Shown: one piece after another, positions 24,451 to 37,331 of the stretch
How positions within the stretch are numbered: position 1 is the stretch's first letter
Layout: each line of letters opens with the position of its first letter
From: Isurus oxyrinchus
Lineage: Eukaryota
Assembly (NCBI GenBank): GCA_026770705.1
Contig: JANJGN010000192.1
Location: 62,001-126,000 of the forward strand
Direction: 5' to 3'
DNA: 64,000 nucleotides
The notes under the pieces: generated by a model
Told to the model about the DNA's origin: nothing
What the model saw: the letters and a program-made list of their open reading frames with translations, nothing else
Database searches by the model: none
Position numbers and translations under genes: made by a program

Positions 24451-26024
24451 TCCATGATTAACATGATTATCTTCTCGCATCAGCTCCCTGACTTGAAAAT
24501 GCATTAAATTAAACCAATTCACTCGAAGTTTGGAAACACAAATAATTTACGCAGAGCAATTAGTTAACGTAGATTTGCTAGAAACGGAACAAACTGCAAC
24601 AACAGGTGTTAAGGAAACTGGTTGAAATGTATCTTAACAAAGAAATTGAAATATTTGGGAGGAAAGGCAGGATTTTCTGCTCATGAGCATTAACGCGGTT
24701 TGCTTTCATTCATTTGGAGGGGATTTATCTGCATGAAAGGATGGTAACAGCTTGTGTAGCTGCATAAACGCAAGTTGTTGGAGAGGAACACAAAAGATCA
24801 ACATATAAACAGTTTGAGAGGCGATGTATGCCAGGGGTGGAAAATCGGGTCGGAAATAAAGGCTAAGCTGATAGTTACATAACAGAGAGCAGCTGTCCAC
24901 CACAGCATCATAAAACTGCCTGATATAGTGAACAAGCAAATGAAGGGCTTTATTCGGTTTCCCACCTCTGTTGCATTCTGATTCTTGCTGTTGTGTGCCG
25001 GGAGTCCCCTGCGGTCTCTGGTAGCTGTTAAAATGTGCCTGATTGTCAAACAATTAATTAATAAAATAAAAAGAAAATTGAGAAATGGAGATAAAATACA
25101 TGCGAAAATTCTGCTACCCCGGAAGACAATGGGAACAAAAAATCCATGCCAGGGCGGGAGCCCCAATGAACATTGTTAATGATTAGTTTGTTGATCACCC
25201 GTTTCTGCAGGTTGTTCTGTTGCTGATAAAATGAATATTTGTGTTCCTAGGCAACCGAATTGGCATATTCTCCTAATAGATCAAGAAGAGACCGCTGTTC
25301 TCAGCGATCTGGCTTATCCGTCGCTTACAAGTAGCTCAGCAATGAAGTAGAATTGCGGTTCAGTATTTGACGACGTTCCGGGCATGTTTGAGAATAAGTA
25401 ACAACAAATTAGGAATATATTCTGCTGCTTTTTTAAAAGACATCTCGAAGCAGCAAATGATTTTTTGGCCTCGCCAGCGGCTGACTGACTCTTGAGAAAT
25501 TTGCTAATGGATAGACTTTGCTGACAGATGCAGTATTTAGGTGAAATTGTTGTGAAGCGGGTTATTGTTGTCGTATAGAACGCTGTTGATAGCTGGAATG
25601 CAATCACTTTATGGTTGGCTGGTATGATTGGTTGCACTGACACTTGCAAGTTGGCTCAAGTGAATTTGCCTGCAGCATTGCAGCGAACGGCAGGCACGGC
25701 ACAGGCGATGTCACTGCTCGTCTGCAAGTGTTTTGCTGTACAGCAGAAAATGTTTGTTGCCATGATGCTGGCAGATTTGTTGCAGAGAAGTGTGAAAAGA
25801 AGGACGGATCTTTCAGGACAAGAGGCAGAAATTTTCCAAAGACAGGAAGTGTGGAAGAAAAAAAAACTCAACCTGCGATGCCACAGGAGAACATGGTCCT
25901 ATTCGAAAAATCTATTCTGATGTGACAGGATAGGAATTACAACTGAACCTCTAACAACGTAACAGTATAAGGACTAAAGCTGAACTGAAATAGGGGCAGA
26001 CTTACCATACATCTCCCATGTCTA

Positions 26025-26099
26025 GTTGTTCAATGGGGATCGAGCCCGAGAGCTTCAATTCTATTAGCATCATCCTCTACCCATTGGAGCTAACTGATC
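26025..26099 (-). pseudogene. tRNA-Ile(AAT) pseudogene
   Basis: GATCAGTTAGCTCCAATGGGTAGAGGATGATGCTAATAG...GGGCTCGATCCCC, at the same cassette position as the intact gene at 26720. Confidence 0.8.
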
Positions 26100-26260
26100 A
26101 AAAACAGAAAGTGCTGTAAAAACTCAGCACGTCGACAACATCTGTAGAGGGAAAGACACAGTTAAAATTTCGAGTCCGTATGACTCTGAAGACTCTGCTT
26201 TCCAGCATGTTTTGTTTTTGTTTCAGACTTCCAGCATCCGCAGCATTTTGCCTTTATGTA
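26100..26260. mobile_element. short palindromic Penelope-derived insertion with 14-bp target-site duplication
   Basis: Inverted arms AAAAACAGAAAGTGCTG...CCAGCATGTTTTGTTTTT, flanked by GGAGCTAACTGATC (26086-26099) and GGAGCTAACTGGTC (26261-26274). Confidence 0.75.
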
Positions 26261-26719
26261 GGAGCTAACTGGTCGCCAAGTTGCACGTTTCCTAGTTTGA
26301 TCAAATGCTTTTCAAATTCAATCTAACAGTGAGTGGAGAATTCAGCATTCTTCCTTGGCTGACTGATCGCGCACAGGCTAGAACTCCTCTATTTGGCCAG
26401 TCAAACCTTCAGGTTACCAGGGAGCTGTAAAGATATATTTGCTGAACAGAGCGTCGTTTGCAAGAGTTCCGTTGTACAGTAGCAAAGATTTGTTGCCTTG
26501 TCACCAACAAATTTGTGGCACAGAATGTTTAAAAGAAGGACGGATTTGTCAGAAATAGAGGCAGAAATGTTCCACATTCAGGAAGCATGGATGGAAAATA
26601 AAACTCAGCCTGCAACGGTGCAGAAGAATTTTTGAAAGGCTCTTTCCATGTGACAGCGGAGGAATAACAACTGAACCGGAATGTGGGCTTTAATTACTTC
26701 TACGTCGAATAATATACGT

Positions 26720-26793
26720 TGGCCCGTACGGGGATCGAACCCGCGACCTTGGCGTTATTAGCACCACGCTCTAACCATCTGAGCTAACCGGCC
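26720..26793 (-). tRNA. tRNA-Ile(AAT), intact
   Basis: GGCCGGTTAGCTCAGATGGTTAGAGCGTGGTGCTAATAACGCCAAGGTCGCGGGTTCGATCCCCGTACGGGCCA (74 nt). It has one D-loop difference from the vertebrate consensus and intact A and B boxes. Confidence 0.97.
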
Positions 26794-28847
26794 ACCTGGT
26801 GGATTTGCCTTTCTATCTGGTTTTCAAATTTAACGTTCAGTGAGTGCAGGATTCAGCATTCAGCTGATTGATTGCGCACGGCCAGGAACTCTCCTATTTG
26901 CCCACTTCATGCTTCAGGTTACGAGCAAACTGTAAGGCTATGTTTTTTCTCAGAGCTGCTAAATGATCCGATCTTAACAAAGCTGTTATCCTTCTTCTCA
27001 ATGATGAAAGTAATCTGTCCAAAGCAAACCTTAAGTTGCAAAAGCTCCCGTCATCAATAGGCTGATACCACATGCAATCTCTTTTCTATTTATTTCATGG
27101 GGTGTGGGCATGTCCGCATGACCAGTGTAAGTTGCTCATTCACAATTGCCTTCGGAAGGATGCTAAATTAAATAAAATATATAAGCACTTCAAACACTGA
27201 AGTAAGAACAGTGTCGAAATGTTGCTGTATCTCAAGGATGTTGGAATTGAAGCGTGTGGATTTCATGGCGATTAGAAGGAATGTGCTCACAGTCGTGCAA
27301 ATACACGACGGGGGCTTAAACAAGAACTTTCCGATTATCTGTTGAAATTCACATTTGGTGCTATCATTCGGGGGAGTTGTAATGTCAGGGAACTGAACTA
27401 TTTTAACCCCTGGCCCTCAATCGATGAATTTGAGGCGATCAGAGCAATTAGGGAAAGCGGTAAGTAACAGGCCAAATGCCTCTGTTGTTGATGTATTTAT
27501 CTGATTAACAGTCATGCAACAGCGCCGCTTCACAAGTCGCAGACTAACATTATGGGGGAGCTCACTCCTGTTTTGCCTCCCATTTACCCTCTTCTGGCTG
27601 TCTTCATAACGGAGCGTTCGAGATTGGTTGGAATTAGACGGGGGCAGCATTGATTTCTGAGCCCAGGAGGTTATGTGTCACCAATCAACGGTGTGTAGTT
27701 ATAATGCAAAGTTTTCAAATCCGTTGCACTGTTTTGCTGCAAAGATCATTGGTAATTCTTCATCTGGCTGCATGGCAGAGCCAATGCAGAACTTACATTT
27801 AAAAGAGCGCCCGAGCTCCGACGTGAATCCTGAAAACATCAGCGTTAAAGGTATTGGGGACATAGATTTGCAGCAACCAGATTTCTCTGCTGAAAAAAAA
27901 GTCACATGCATATTTAGCCGTGCTTTTCATGACACATATTAGCTATTTGGCAATACATATATAGGGAGAATCTTCATGAAGCTTTCAAGCAACGAGAGTG
28001 TTTGAGAGTGAGGAGGTTTGATATCAGGAAGATATCAATTTACTGGTTAGGAGGTCAGAAAAGTGCTAAAGGGAGTGGGGGAGAGCGATGTAATGCAGCT
28101 GGGGTGCTCAAACAGGCCGAGGGGAATATAGAATTAATGAAGAGAATATTGCGAGGTTTAGAGGAAGTGATGGACATTGCAGCGAATCTCCACAGATTCC
28201 CGAACTTGAAAGGCTAATGAGGTGTTTAAGAAGTCGGGTAGAATCATTTTGTTTAATAGACGAGGCACAACAAATGCTAGCAGCGAGGTTATTTTGGCAC
28301 TTTATCGATCATTGGTTAGACAACAATTTGAGTACTGTGTGCAGTCCTGGTCACCACATGGAAGTTAACAAATTGGAAATTGATGCTGGTGTTCTGGCAT
28401 GATGAACGTGGATAGCCTCTGGTACCTGCTGCTAAAAATGGGAGCCAACTATAGATAAAACTCGACATCCCCGATTCAGCAGTGATCCTCATCAATATCC
28501 ACATCCCAAGCTTTGACTGGATGGATATATTAACATTCAATGGATCCACAGAATTTAATTTTGAAGTCCGCTCAACTGAACAACACAGCAGAATCTTCTA
28601 TGTATCTGTTGCATTTGACAAAATAACACTCCCCACCACTCTGCTTGCCAATGTGCTTGAAATGAGCGTTATATATCAACATTCAGAACGAATTTTCACA
28701 AGGATGTATTTTGGAAAATGACGAACTGTCTGGCCAAATGGGTAGATTTGAACGAGTGTTTGAAAGAAGAAGAGAGAGGTAAAGGGGGATAGAGTTTGAG
28801 GGACGGAATTCAGATGTCAAGAACGTACAATAATTCTCATAACATCA

Positions 28848-29520
28848 CTGTGATTTCTTTTAAAAGTAGGAGGATTTGATTAGTTTCTCTGAGTGTGTGT
28901 GGGATTTAATTGAATTGGAGACAACTGGTCTGGAGGATTTGACTCATCAAATGAAGCTAGGTTTGAAATGATAAATGGGAAAACATGGCTGAAGTCTTAG
29001 AATGTGAGGTGAGCAGAATTTGCAGTTTAAGATAAATCACAGTAGTTTCAATTTCAAAGAGATGGTTGGATGTTACACCTAGCCAGATAAGGCAACCATT
29101 CATCATGGGTATTTTTTCCAAATGTTCCTGATAATATTAGCACTATGATGAGCAATGTGATTCATATTATTAGACAGTTAAAGGTCCAAGGACATATGGG
29201 AACAATGGGGCTTATATTAAAAAGGGCAAACATATATAAAGGAGAACGAGGACAGGCAAGGCATTCTAAGTTGGACTGGAAGTGCAAACAACCTTCAGTA
29301 TTTTTGCATTTAAGCCTGCTGTCTACACAGACGAAGCTTGGATAGCCCGTCTGAATACCTCTGACCAGGGTATTGTGTCGACATGCTGGGGTCTGTTTAA
29401 ATGTAATTGTTTTTACTGTTGCCTTAACGGGGCTGTAATTGGAAGCCAAATTAATTAAGGGTTTTATGAGTTAATATAATAGTAATTTGTAGACCTATGT
29501 TGTGCTTGAGATCATCTTAT
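28848..29520 (+). mobile_element. LTR-like fragment
   Basis: TG start and similarity by eye to 57822-58746. Confidence 0.4.
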
Positions 29521-29829
29521 ATGCATTACATGTTCGGCACAAAACATCAGGCAATGATCTGCAGCCATTCGGTCATCACCTTCACGTCTTCAGCTATTTT
29601 CTAATCTCGTGGTCAATGCAGAAATTAAAGCCACGATTCATCAAATCCTGCAGTTCAGAAGGAAGCCTGTCGGCCCGTCGACTCTGTGCCCGTTCTTGGA
29701 AAGAGCTGTCAATTTTGTCCCACAATCCCGCTTCCCACGTCACCCTGTAAATTAGTTCTCTTTAAATTCAGATTGAATCTCATTCCACCAAACTTTCAGA
29801 TAGTAAAGCAATGCAACGTGATTGCTGGG

Positions 29830-30245
29830 AATAAAAACAAACCACCTGGAAATAATCAGCAGGTCAGGCGGCACCTGTGGTGGCATCAGCGTGACCTGTG
29901 CAGGTCGATGACTTATCATCAGAAATGAAGAAAGATATAAATATACCTACTTTTAAAAACGAGGAGAGTAGGAAAGGGCAGGATGTACAAAGGCGAATGT
30001 CTGATGGTGGAGGGAAGCGGAGAACATTTTTCCTGATGTAACAGCTGTCGAGAGTTATAATGGTTATGGTGAAGTATTAAAAGACATGTCCAGATAGGGT
30101 TGAAAATGGTTGCATAGCAACCGTCTGAATGTAACATGAAGAGGCAAAGATAGAAACGTGATGAAATTAAACCTGTTAAACCCAGTAAAAGATAAGATGG
30201 AGGCAGATGTTATGAAGGTTACATCAACGTAACAATGTCCGAAAA
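29830..30245. mobile_element. Penelope-derived fragment
   Basis: Terminal module CAGCAGGTCAGGCGGCACCTGTGG..CAGGTCGATGACTTATCATCAGAA. The body resembles 19690-19860 and 20740-20810. Confidence 0.6.
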
Positions 30246-30459
30246 AAAACATTTGAGTTTATGTGCCGCTATTTGAAGCCCGATGGACCAACATTACAGT
30301 TAGAGGTGTTTACTTAAGGAAACACTTTGCTTTATTACAGGTTTAGCAGAACAAGGGAGGAGGTTCACTGGTTTATGTTACTGCACGTTATACAAGAAAG
30401 AGTGGGTAGGGTTAAATGGTGGATCGTTTTAATGATGGTCTCGGGCTGACAGATCCATT

Positions 30460-31830
30460 TACATCCCTACACTTAGCGATTCATAAAATTTAAACGTCAC
30501 TCCGAGTGAGCTGTATTGCTTTCAACGGAATAGTATCACACTTTCCTCAAACAAGAAACATAATAAATTATTTACCACTCACGAAATCAATCTCTGTGGC
30601 TGTGGAGCTCGGTTTTCAATTCCTGCAACTTAGTAACTCCCTGAAATATATACACCCTTCAAAGCTTTGAAGGTCAAGTGCACATAAAAGGATAACGACA
30701 ATTGTCACTTCACACGCCACTGGTTGGGCGCGAATAGGTGATGCTTTTTAGAAGATTTGTGAAATGAAGCCAAAGGGAGGCTGCCGGTCTGCCTGTGGGG
30801 TAAATGCGTTGCAGGCAGTGAATTACCACAGAAGGAAATGAAAAAAATATATAAACGCTGTGAAGACTCTTGTTAGACGGTGAAGGCAGCGATGGGAAAA
30901 AAACGTTCAATACAGCCCGGATAGCCGTGTCAGTAGAGCATCAGGCATTTATTCTGAGGGCCCATTGCTCCTGACGTATTCCAAGTGCAGCCTTTTGGGT
31001 CAAACGGTTTAATCCCAGTGAAATTACAGTTTAACAAAAGCAAAGCTTACTGACTTATTCAAGAGAACAGAAGAGATGAATATGTTTAATCGGTTTGCAA
31101 ACAATGAAGAATTTTTTCTCGAAATTTCGGTGTCCTTGATAATTTTTAGGAATTATTTCTAGATTCCCAGCTGCTCTCAGTGTGATAAGTTCTTCTGGAC
31201 TTTTCCCTTGGTTGGCCGAGACAATGAATCTGTGAATTAGTGCCAGCAATATGTGCTGGTTCAACTCCATTCGTCCCGACGGCGGAAGCAGTTTCTCCCT
31301 ATTTCATCTAACCCTAGACTCTAACTGGGTAGAAACCTCGATCAGTCCACCCTTCATTCTTCTTTTCTCAAGAGATTAGAAACAAGTAGAAGTCCTGAAA
31401 AGGCGGGGTGGAGGGTGTGGGGGGGGGGGGGGGGGGTGGAAAGATGCAGAAAACGGCAGGGGATTGATACTAGGTGAATGTCTCCTTGAGCGAACCAGCA
31501 AAGGCAGGACGGGCACCGTCTCTGCTTTACCCTTCCTGAAATTATACAAATCTAAGATTATGAGAAGTGAACTCCTAAAGTAACCAACCAAACTGCGGAA
31601 TCAGCACTGCTTCCAATCCAGTGTCAATGTAATCCTCGTGCTTCGTCTGAGCAGTGCCTCTAAGAATATGAGAAATAGGAGCAGATGTATAACGTGTTTC
31701 ATGGCTTCACAAAAATTCAGTAACTTTCTGGCTGATCTGCTGCCTCCATTATACCACGCTCAGAATTCTCAATTCGCACCGTCATACAGCACCATCACTT
31801 ACATAAAGAATTCCTTTTAATTTTGCGACC
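30460..31830 (+). repeat. inverted partial copy of the tRNA-Lys cassette
   Basis: GTGAAATGAAGCCAAAGGGAGGCTGCCGGTCTGCCT (about 30760) is the reverse complement of about 51953-51990. 31600-31820 is the reverse complement of about 54150-54390. Confidence 0.85.
30915..30964 (+). pseudogene. tRNA-Lys(TTT) 5' fragment
   Basis: GCCCGGATAGCCGTGTCAGTAGAGCATCAGGCATTTATTCTGAGGGCCCA. The T arm is lost. Confidence 0.85.
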
Positions 31831-32879
31831 CCAGAAGTGGTGTACAGTCATGTTTATAGCAAGATGGTGGTATGTAATTCCTAACATTGCATTACAAAAC
31901 TCCTTTGTAGGTTTTTAGCATGTTACATATATCCGTGTAGCAGCAAATTAAAGGCAGTTGTATAAATATCTTTTGCAATGAGTGGTAGTTCGGATATGAC
32001 AGCCTGGAAGTTGAGATCTTAAAGTGATTGTTTGTACAAGTGCATTGGCGGTTAGTGAGCGAAGTACCTGAAGGCCCAACCTTTTGCACCTCCTTGTTCC
32101 CCTGATTCTCGTCATCTAGAAAATACGTCCATTGCTCACTGGATTCCTGAATAATATGCTCTTCGTGTACTCCACACATCCTTCATGACTGGCTCTGCAT
32201 CGACTGTTCAGTTGGCGGCACTAAAATCATTTGTTTCTATGTGCTTTACAAGTTTCGTACAACAGGGGAATAATTTGTTGCGAATTTCTTTAAACCACGT
32301 CCGGGCGAAACAAAACAATGATATTGCAAAATATACGTCATAGCTCAGAAGTTTTTCAGCGGCACATAATTCATTAAAATTCACAAACTGAGAAAGGAAC
32401 ACTTTCGCCGTATAACCTTTTTGAATTAAATTTAACTCGGTTTCAGTTCTTATGAGGAACACTCAGCACAGCGCAAATATTAGCGGAAATCAGTGAGAAC
32501 TCTCCACAGTGTTGTCTTCTCTTCTGTCAAGCGGTGCTGCGAGCCGACTGTCTCTGAGATCAACGCATACATGACGACTGCAGTTGCTTTATTTTTCCTT
32601 CTGGTTAGTTGTTACTGTATTTGCTACAAACACGACAAATCTCTGACTGAAAGCCAAGTAGAAAGATATTCCAGTTCCCTCTCCTTGCAACTCCGCTGAA
32701 TGCTGGGAGTGAATTGAAAATTCAACGCACAGTCGGTGGACCCACTTGATTTTGCGCTGAATCACCGGTCACTAGTTTAACTAACGTCCCGACATGCGCT
32801 GCCAACTTCAATGGTTGGTGCAGCCAATTCTCCAGCCCCCTCGGCTCCTGTATCTCATTTAGCATTGGCTCATATCACC

Positions 32880-33700
32880 TTTCTTCGCTATCCCTGAAAT
32901 AATGTACAACTTCACACTTCTCCACATTAAATTTCACTTCATGGCATCTGTCCCTTCAGCCTACCTCCGTCCGCTGGAAGTTTATTATTAGCCTCCTCTG
33001 AATTTCACAACACTTCTGAGTTTTGTGTCATCCACAAATTCTGAAATGGTGCCTTCCAAGTTGGCGCCTCGGTCCTGTGTTGGAGAAAAACAGCATTGAT
33101 GACACTGTTGATAACTGGAGAATCCCATTATATATCAAATCACAGCAGCTCTTTGTTTTCTATCATTCAGCTGACTTGGTGCCCATGCTCCACTGACAGT
33201 CTTCTTCCCAAAACAATCAAGTTAACTGAACACAATCTGCTTTTAACACATCCAGACATGTTTTAATTAAAGAATCCGCAGTTATCCATGTGGTAATACA
33301 TTTTGTCTCTGGATATCGTTTCCAAAAGCTCTTCAACCACTTGTGGTTAAACTGGTGCTTGTGTGGTTTACAAAATGATACTTAGCTACATTTTGTTAAC
33401 AATGGTATAATATTTGCAATTCTACAATCCTCTAGCATCGTCCATTATAACTAAGCAGGATTGGAAATTTGCGGCCCACTGCCCTCCGCAATTTCCAAAC
33501 TTACTTTCCTCAATGCCCTGCCCCTAAACCAATCCTGTGAATGATCAACATTTAATTAAAAGCAGGTTTATATTGCCCGCTCCTGTTTTCACAACCTTTT
33601 ATATTTATATCCATAGAGAAAGTAACTGCTAGTCTATTCTCCCAGTCGCGCTTTTCTATCTGCATTTCCTCTTCACTTCCCCAATGAATTTTCTATTATT
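32880..33700 (-). mobile_element. old CR1 LINE fragments
   Basis: Antisense CR1 RT pieces, e.g. CACTTCTCCACATTAAATTTC and TTTGTGTCATCCACAAAT (FVDDTK). Confidence 0.6.
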
Positions 33701-33719
33701 TTCCATGGCTGTCACTTGC

Positions 33720-33913
33720 GGTGCAGTGTCCTCAGGGTAGTGTCCTCGGCCAAACTATCATCAGTTGTTTCATCAATGATCTTCCATCCAACATAATGCC
33801 AGAAGTGGAGATGCTCGCTGATGATTGCAAAATGTTCAGCACCATTCGCGACTCCTCGGATACTGAAGCAGTCCATGGCCAAATGCAGAAAGACCTGGAC
33901 AATATCCAGGCTG
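33720..33913 (+). mobile_element. CR1 LINE RT core fragment
   Basis: PQGSVLGQTIISCFINDLPS...MLADDCKMFSTIRDSSDTEAV..QMQKDLDNIQA. Confidence 0.92.
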
Positions 33914-34088
33914 AAAACAAAAAAAATGCGGACGCAATCGAAGACAAAAACAGAATTACCTGGAAAACTCAGCAGGTCTGGCAGCATCGGCAGAGAAGAA
34001 AAGAGTTGACCTTTCGAGTCCTCATGACCGTTCGACAGAACTTGAGTTCGAGTCCAAGAAAAAGTTGAAATATAAGCTCGTTTAAGGT

Positions 34089-34119
<31 letters not shown>

Positions 34120-34130
34120 GGGGGGGGGCG

Positions 34131-34171
<41 letters not shown>

Positions 34172-34446
34172 TGGGGGGGTGGGGGTTTGGGGGGTGGGGG
34201 GTTGGGGGTGTGGTTGTATGGACACAAGCAGTGATAGAAGCAAATCATCAAAAGATGTCAACGACAATGGTACAATAGAACACATAGGTGTTAAAGTTAA
34301 AGTTGGTGATATTATCTAAACGAATGTGCTAATTAAGAATGGATGGTAGGGCACTCAAGGTATAGCTCTAATGGGGGTGGGGAGAGCATAAAAGATTTTA
34401 AAATATTTAAAAATAATGGAAATAGGTGGGAAAAGAAAAATCTATA
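33914..34446 (-). mobile_element. young Penelope-like element terminal fragment with internal microsatellites
   Basis: Terminal module AAAAACAGAATTACCTGGAAAACTCAGCAGGTCTGGCAGCATC..GAGTTGACCTTTCGAGTC, followed by (GT)n, Gn and (GA)n tracts. Strand inferred from the hammerhead-like core. Confidence 0.7.
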
Positions 34447-34450
34447 TTAC

Positions 34451-34616
34451 TCCAGGTTCTGTATTTTACATTCCTGCCTCCTCAGAGCGACAGACAGTGT
34501 GTCACTCCTGAATCTCGCAGTTTGTTGTTACCCAGGTTCAGATCCGTCACTGAGCGACTAAAAAAACAGAGGCAAGATCCTTTGCGCAAGAATCTGTCAG
34601 ATTGGTGCCCCATAGA
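34451..34616 (-). pseudogene. NLRP-like LRR exon (frameshifted)
   Basis: cag|LWGTNLTDSCAKDLASVF / SRSVTDLNLGNNKLRDSGVT / LSVALRRQECKIQNL|gtaa. Length is 166 nt instead of 171. Confidence 0.9.
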
Positions 34617-34819
34617 CTGGGGGGTGGAGGAGAGTTCGAAATAGAAAAATAACAGTAATCAGAATATATTTCCAGTTTCTATCAAGGAAAGTAACTAATA
34701 TAAATAATAATATACAGTGTGAAACATTGAAGAAACAATTTCAAAACATACAAAGTAATCTATAATTGATACTGTCATTGCGAAATATAAAGGAATATTC
34801 TGTAAATAGTCAGCCTGTG

Positions 34820-35535
34820 AGACAGTATCTGGGAAGGGAGAAACAGACCCCAGAGTCCCGCAGGTGGGTGCGTGCCTGACGCAAGCAGGTGTGGAATCGT
34901 ATGAGATGATCTCGGACGAGCGTAGTGACGTCATCACGCACTCTTGCGATATTTCGCTTGGCGAGTACTCGCAAAATTTAAAGAGCACACGCGCACAATT
35001 AAGCGGGAAATTAAATCCACTAACGTCCCAATTGTCAGTGGGTTTTCGTGGCCCATGAAACCTTACGTTGGCGGACCAGCCAATCGACCAGAAAACCTTT
35101 ACATTCTTGGTGAAACCTCATCCAAGGGAGGGATGGAATCTCCGTTAGGATTTAAAATAAAAATAAATATCCGAGGACTATTTTTTGTGTGAGGCCTGCT
35201 TTAACGAGCTTGATTGTGCTGCATTGACATTTTTGCAGCCCTTTTGTGCTTTTCTTTTTTTTATCCGGCGGTCTGCAGCTCTCTGAGGCATCTGTCTGCC
35301 TTCAGGGAGCTCACTGGAAGCGCTCATTAGCACTTACAGTGAGGTCGGTGCCGCCCTCTTCCCTCCCCCAGCGGCAGTGCTGAGACATTCCCCGGGTACG
35401 CTTCACACTGGCTGGCTCTCATTTGGCCAAGCAGCGTAAGATCATGGTCGCGGGGCTGATCGGGCAGAAGCGCATTTCACATCCGCTCCCAGGCTCCTCA
35501 TTCATGCGACCGGAAAGGGAAAAATTCACTCCAGG
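34820..35535. mobile_element. CpG-rich non-autonomous element inserted in the LRR intron
   Basis: Compositionally distinct block absent from the paralogous introns. It ends in AAAATTCACTCC and contains TGACGTCA. Confidence 0.45.
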
Positions 35536-36698
35536 TTAATGATTCAGTTTGATGAGCTTACAATAGAACTGGGAAAAGCAGGGTCTTGACCGGTTTTAAG
35601 TGGCAGCAAATTGCAGGGATTTTTTAGTAGAAAATGGAAACGCACCGAGTATTAACGTGATTAAACTGGCTAGGGTACAAAACAAATCAGGGGACTCCAC
35701 ACCTTAAACCCGTGTCACTCGTGTGAGGACATGGAAGGAGGATGGTAAAGGAATGAAGTTTGTGATGGGGAGAAAGATAATGGCTGTGAGTCCAGTACAC
35801 AGTGTTAGCCTCACAGCCTTATATGTGACGAAGGATAAAAGTGAACTTGGTCAAAAGGTTTTGCCCACCCAGCCACTGGCAATACCCAGGCAGAAGCATT
35901 GGCTGCCAGAAGGATATCAGCCTCTCGGTGGTGATCCCCGGTCAGTCAGAATTGACTCATGTGCTCCCGTGACACAGTGGGTTCAAGCAGGAAGCATCCC
36001 TGTGTCTCAATGATGGAAAGTCCGGCTGTCACCACCGCAGGCTCTTGTATGTCTTTGATGGGTGAGTAATTATGGAAATTTACGTGCTTGTACAAGAGAG
36101 CACACAATGTCTTGGAACCAGCAAAGATAGTTGGCTACATCCAGATCTTGTCACCATTAAGCCAATGGAAGATGAAATGCTGGCCATGGGAGATTGGAAT
36201 CAGGGCAGGAAATCACTGACAGTGAGATTGTTGTGGAGCTGAGAGAGTGAATGGCCTGAAGGATGGACACAGGACAGCCTATGGAGACCACAAATAAAGT
36301 GATCATGTATCAGTCCCTAGTCACATGGAGTAGTATGAAGGAAATGTTGGGATGTGCATTTCCCCATAATCACTCTCCTCCATCTCATAAATCAAGAGCT
36401 GCTGTTATTGGGTGCAGCCATCCACCTCTGAGAAGGGGGAGAGTGCCCCTGGGTGCACCGTCACATTTTTCCCCCACACACTTGGCACACAAATCTCTTG
36501 GACTGACATCGCATAGGCTGGGGATTTGACAGAAGTAACAGGAGGCGGAGGACATGCAGTTTCATTTCCAATAATACCATAATAACTGACGTTAGTAATA
36601 ATCGACAGTGGTAATTATTTTTTCTAATAAGTTTGCTGAAAATGTTCTGTTAGACATTCAGTTATTATCAACATACTCTCACACCGTTTGGTACTTAC

Positions 36699-36869
36699 TT
36701 CATTCTTTGTAATTTGCAGTCCAAGTTCTGCAGAGCCATAGACAGTAGTTTCACTCCTGAGTCACCCAGTTGATTAAGCCCCATGTCCAGATCTGTCACT
36801 GACTGGTTTGTACTGATAGCAGAGGCACGATCCTTGGCACAAGAACCTGTGAGATTGTTATTCTTTAGA
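36699..36869 (-). pseudogene. NLRP-like LRR exon (open frame, broken acceptor)
   Basis: 171 nt reading LKNNNLTGSCAKDRASAISTNQSVTDLDMGLNQLGDSGVKLLSMALQNLDCKLQRM. The donor GTAAGTA is intact but the acceptor is ctgcAT instead of ctgcAG. Confidence 0.92.
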
Positions 36870-37331
36870 ATGCAGATATGGGAGAGAAAACCAACAAAAA
36901 TCAGGGTAAATCTCCGGTGTCTGAGGGTACAGCATTAATGACAATAGTAAAGTACAATGTGAGACACTCCATTATATCTAGGGAAAATACTATTGATGAT
37001 GAAAATCTGAAATATAAATAGAAAATGCTGGAAATACTCATCAAGTCAGACACTATATGTGAAGGTAGAATTAGAGATAGCAGCTTGAATTTTAAGCTCA
37101 CCCGCCAGTAGGTTTTAAGCAATGGGTGAGAGTAAAGTTTTTCGGCTGGGCTTCCCACCAGACGATATATTTCAGCAACTGACGCTGGGGTGATCGAGGC
37201 CTCAGACGACCATCCGCCCCTGCCAGGGAAATGGGGGAGATGGAGGTAAGAAAGAAACAAAATGGAAGTGTAGGTGTGATTAAATGACACAGGATGATGG
37301 TGCATGAAGGACAGCACTCAGTATCTCCTGG

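Larger units (their letters stand above)
25690..26960. repeat. tandem duplication of a tRNA-Ile cassette
   Basis: 25700-25960 resembles 26450-26680 (AAAAGAAGGACGGAT..TCAG...AGAGGCAGAAAT) and 26300-26440 resembles 26820-26950. Confidence 0.85.

Noticed and set aside
31892-32179. CCYTDICN resembling the Ly6/uPAR terminal CCxxDxCN motif
   Set aside because: The remaining LU-domain cysteine spacing and signal peptide are absent. Likely chance.
33712-34285. Pro-rich and Gly/Arg-rich ORFs
   Set aside because: Translations of G-runs and (GA)n/(GT)n tracts inside a Penelope fragment. The same applies to the runs at 8040, 31420 and 48360.
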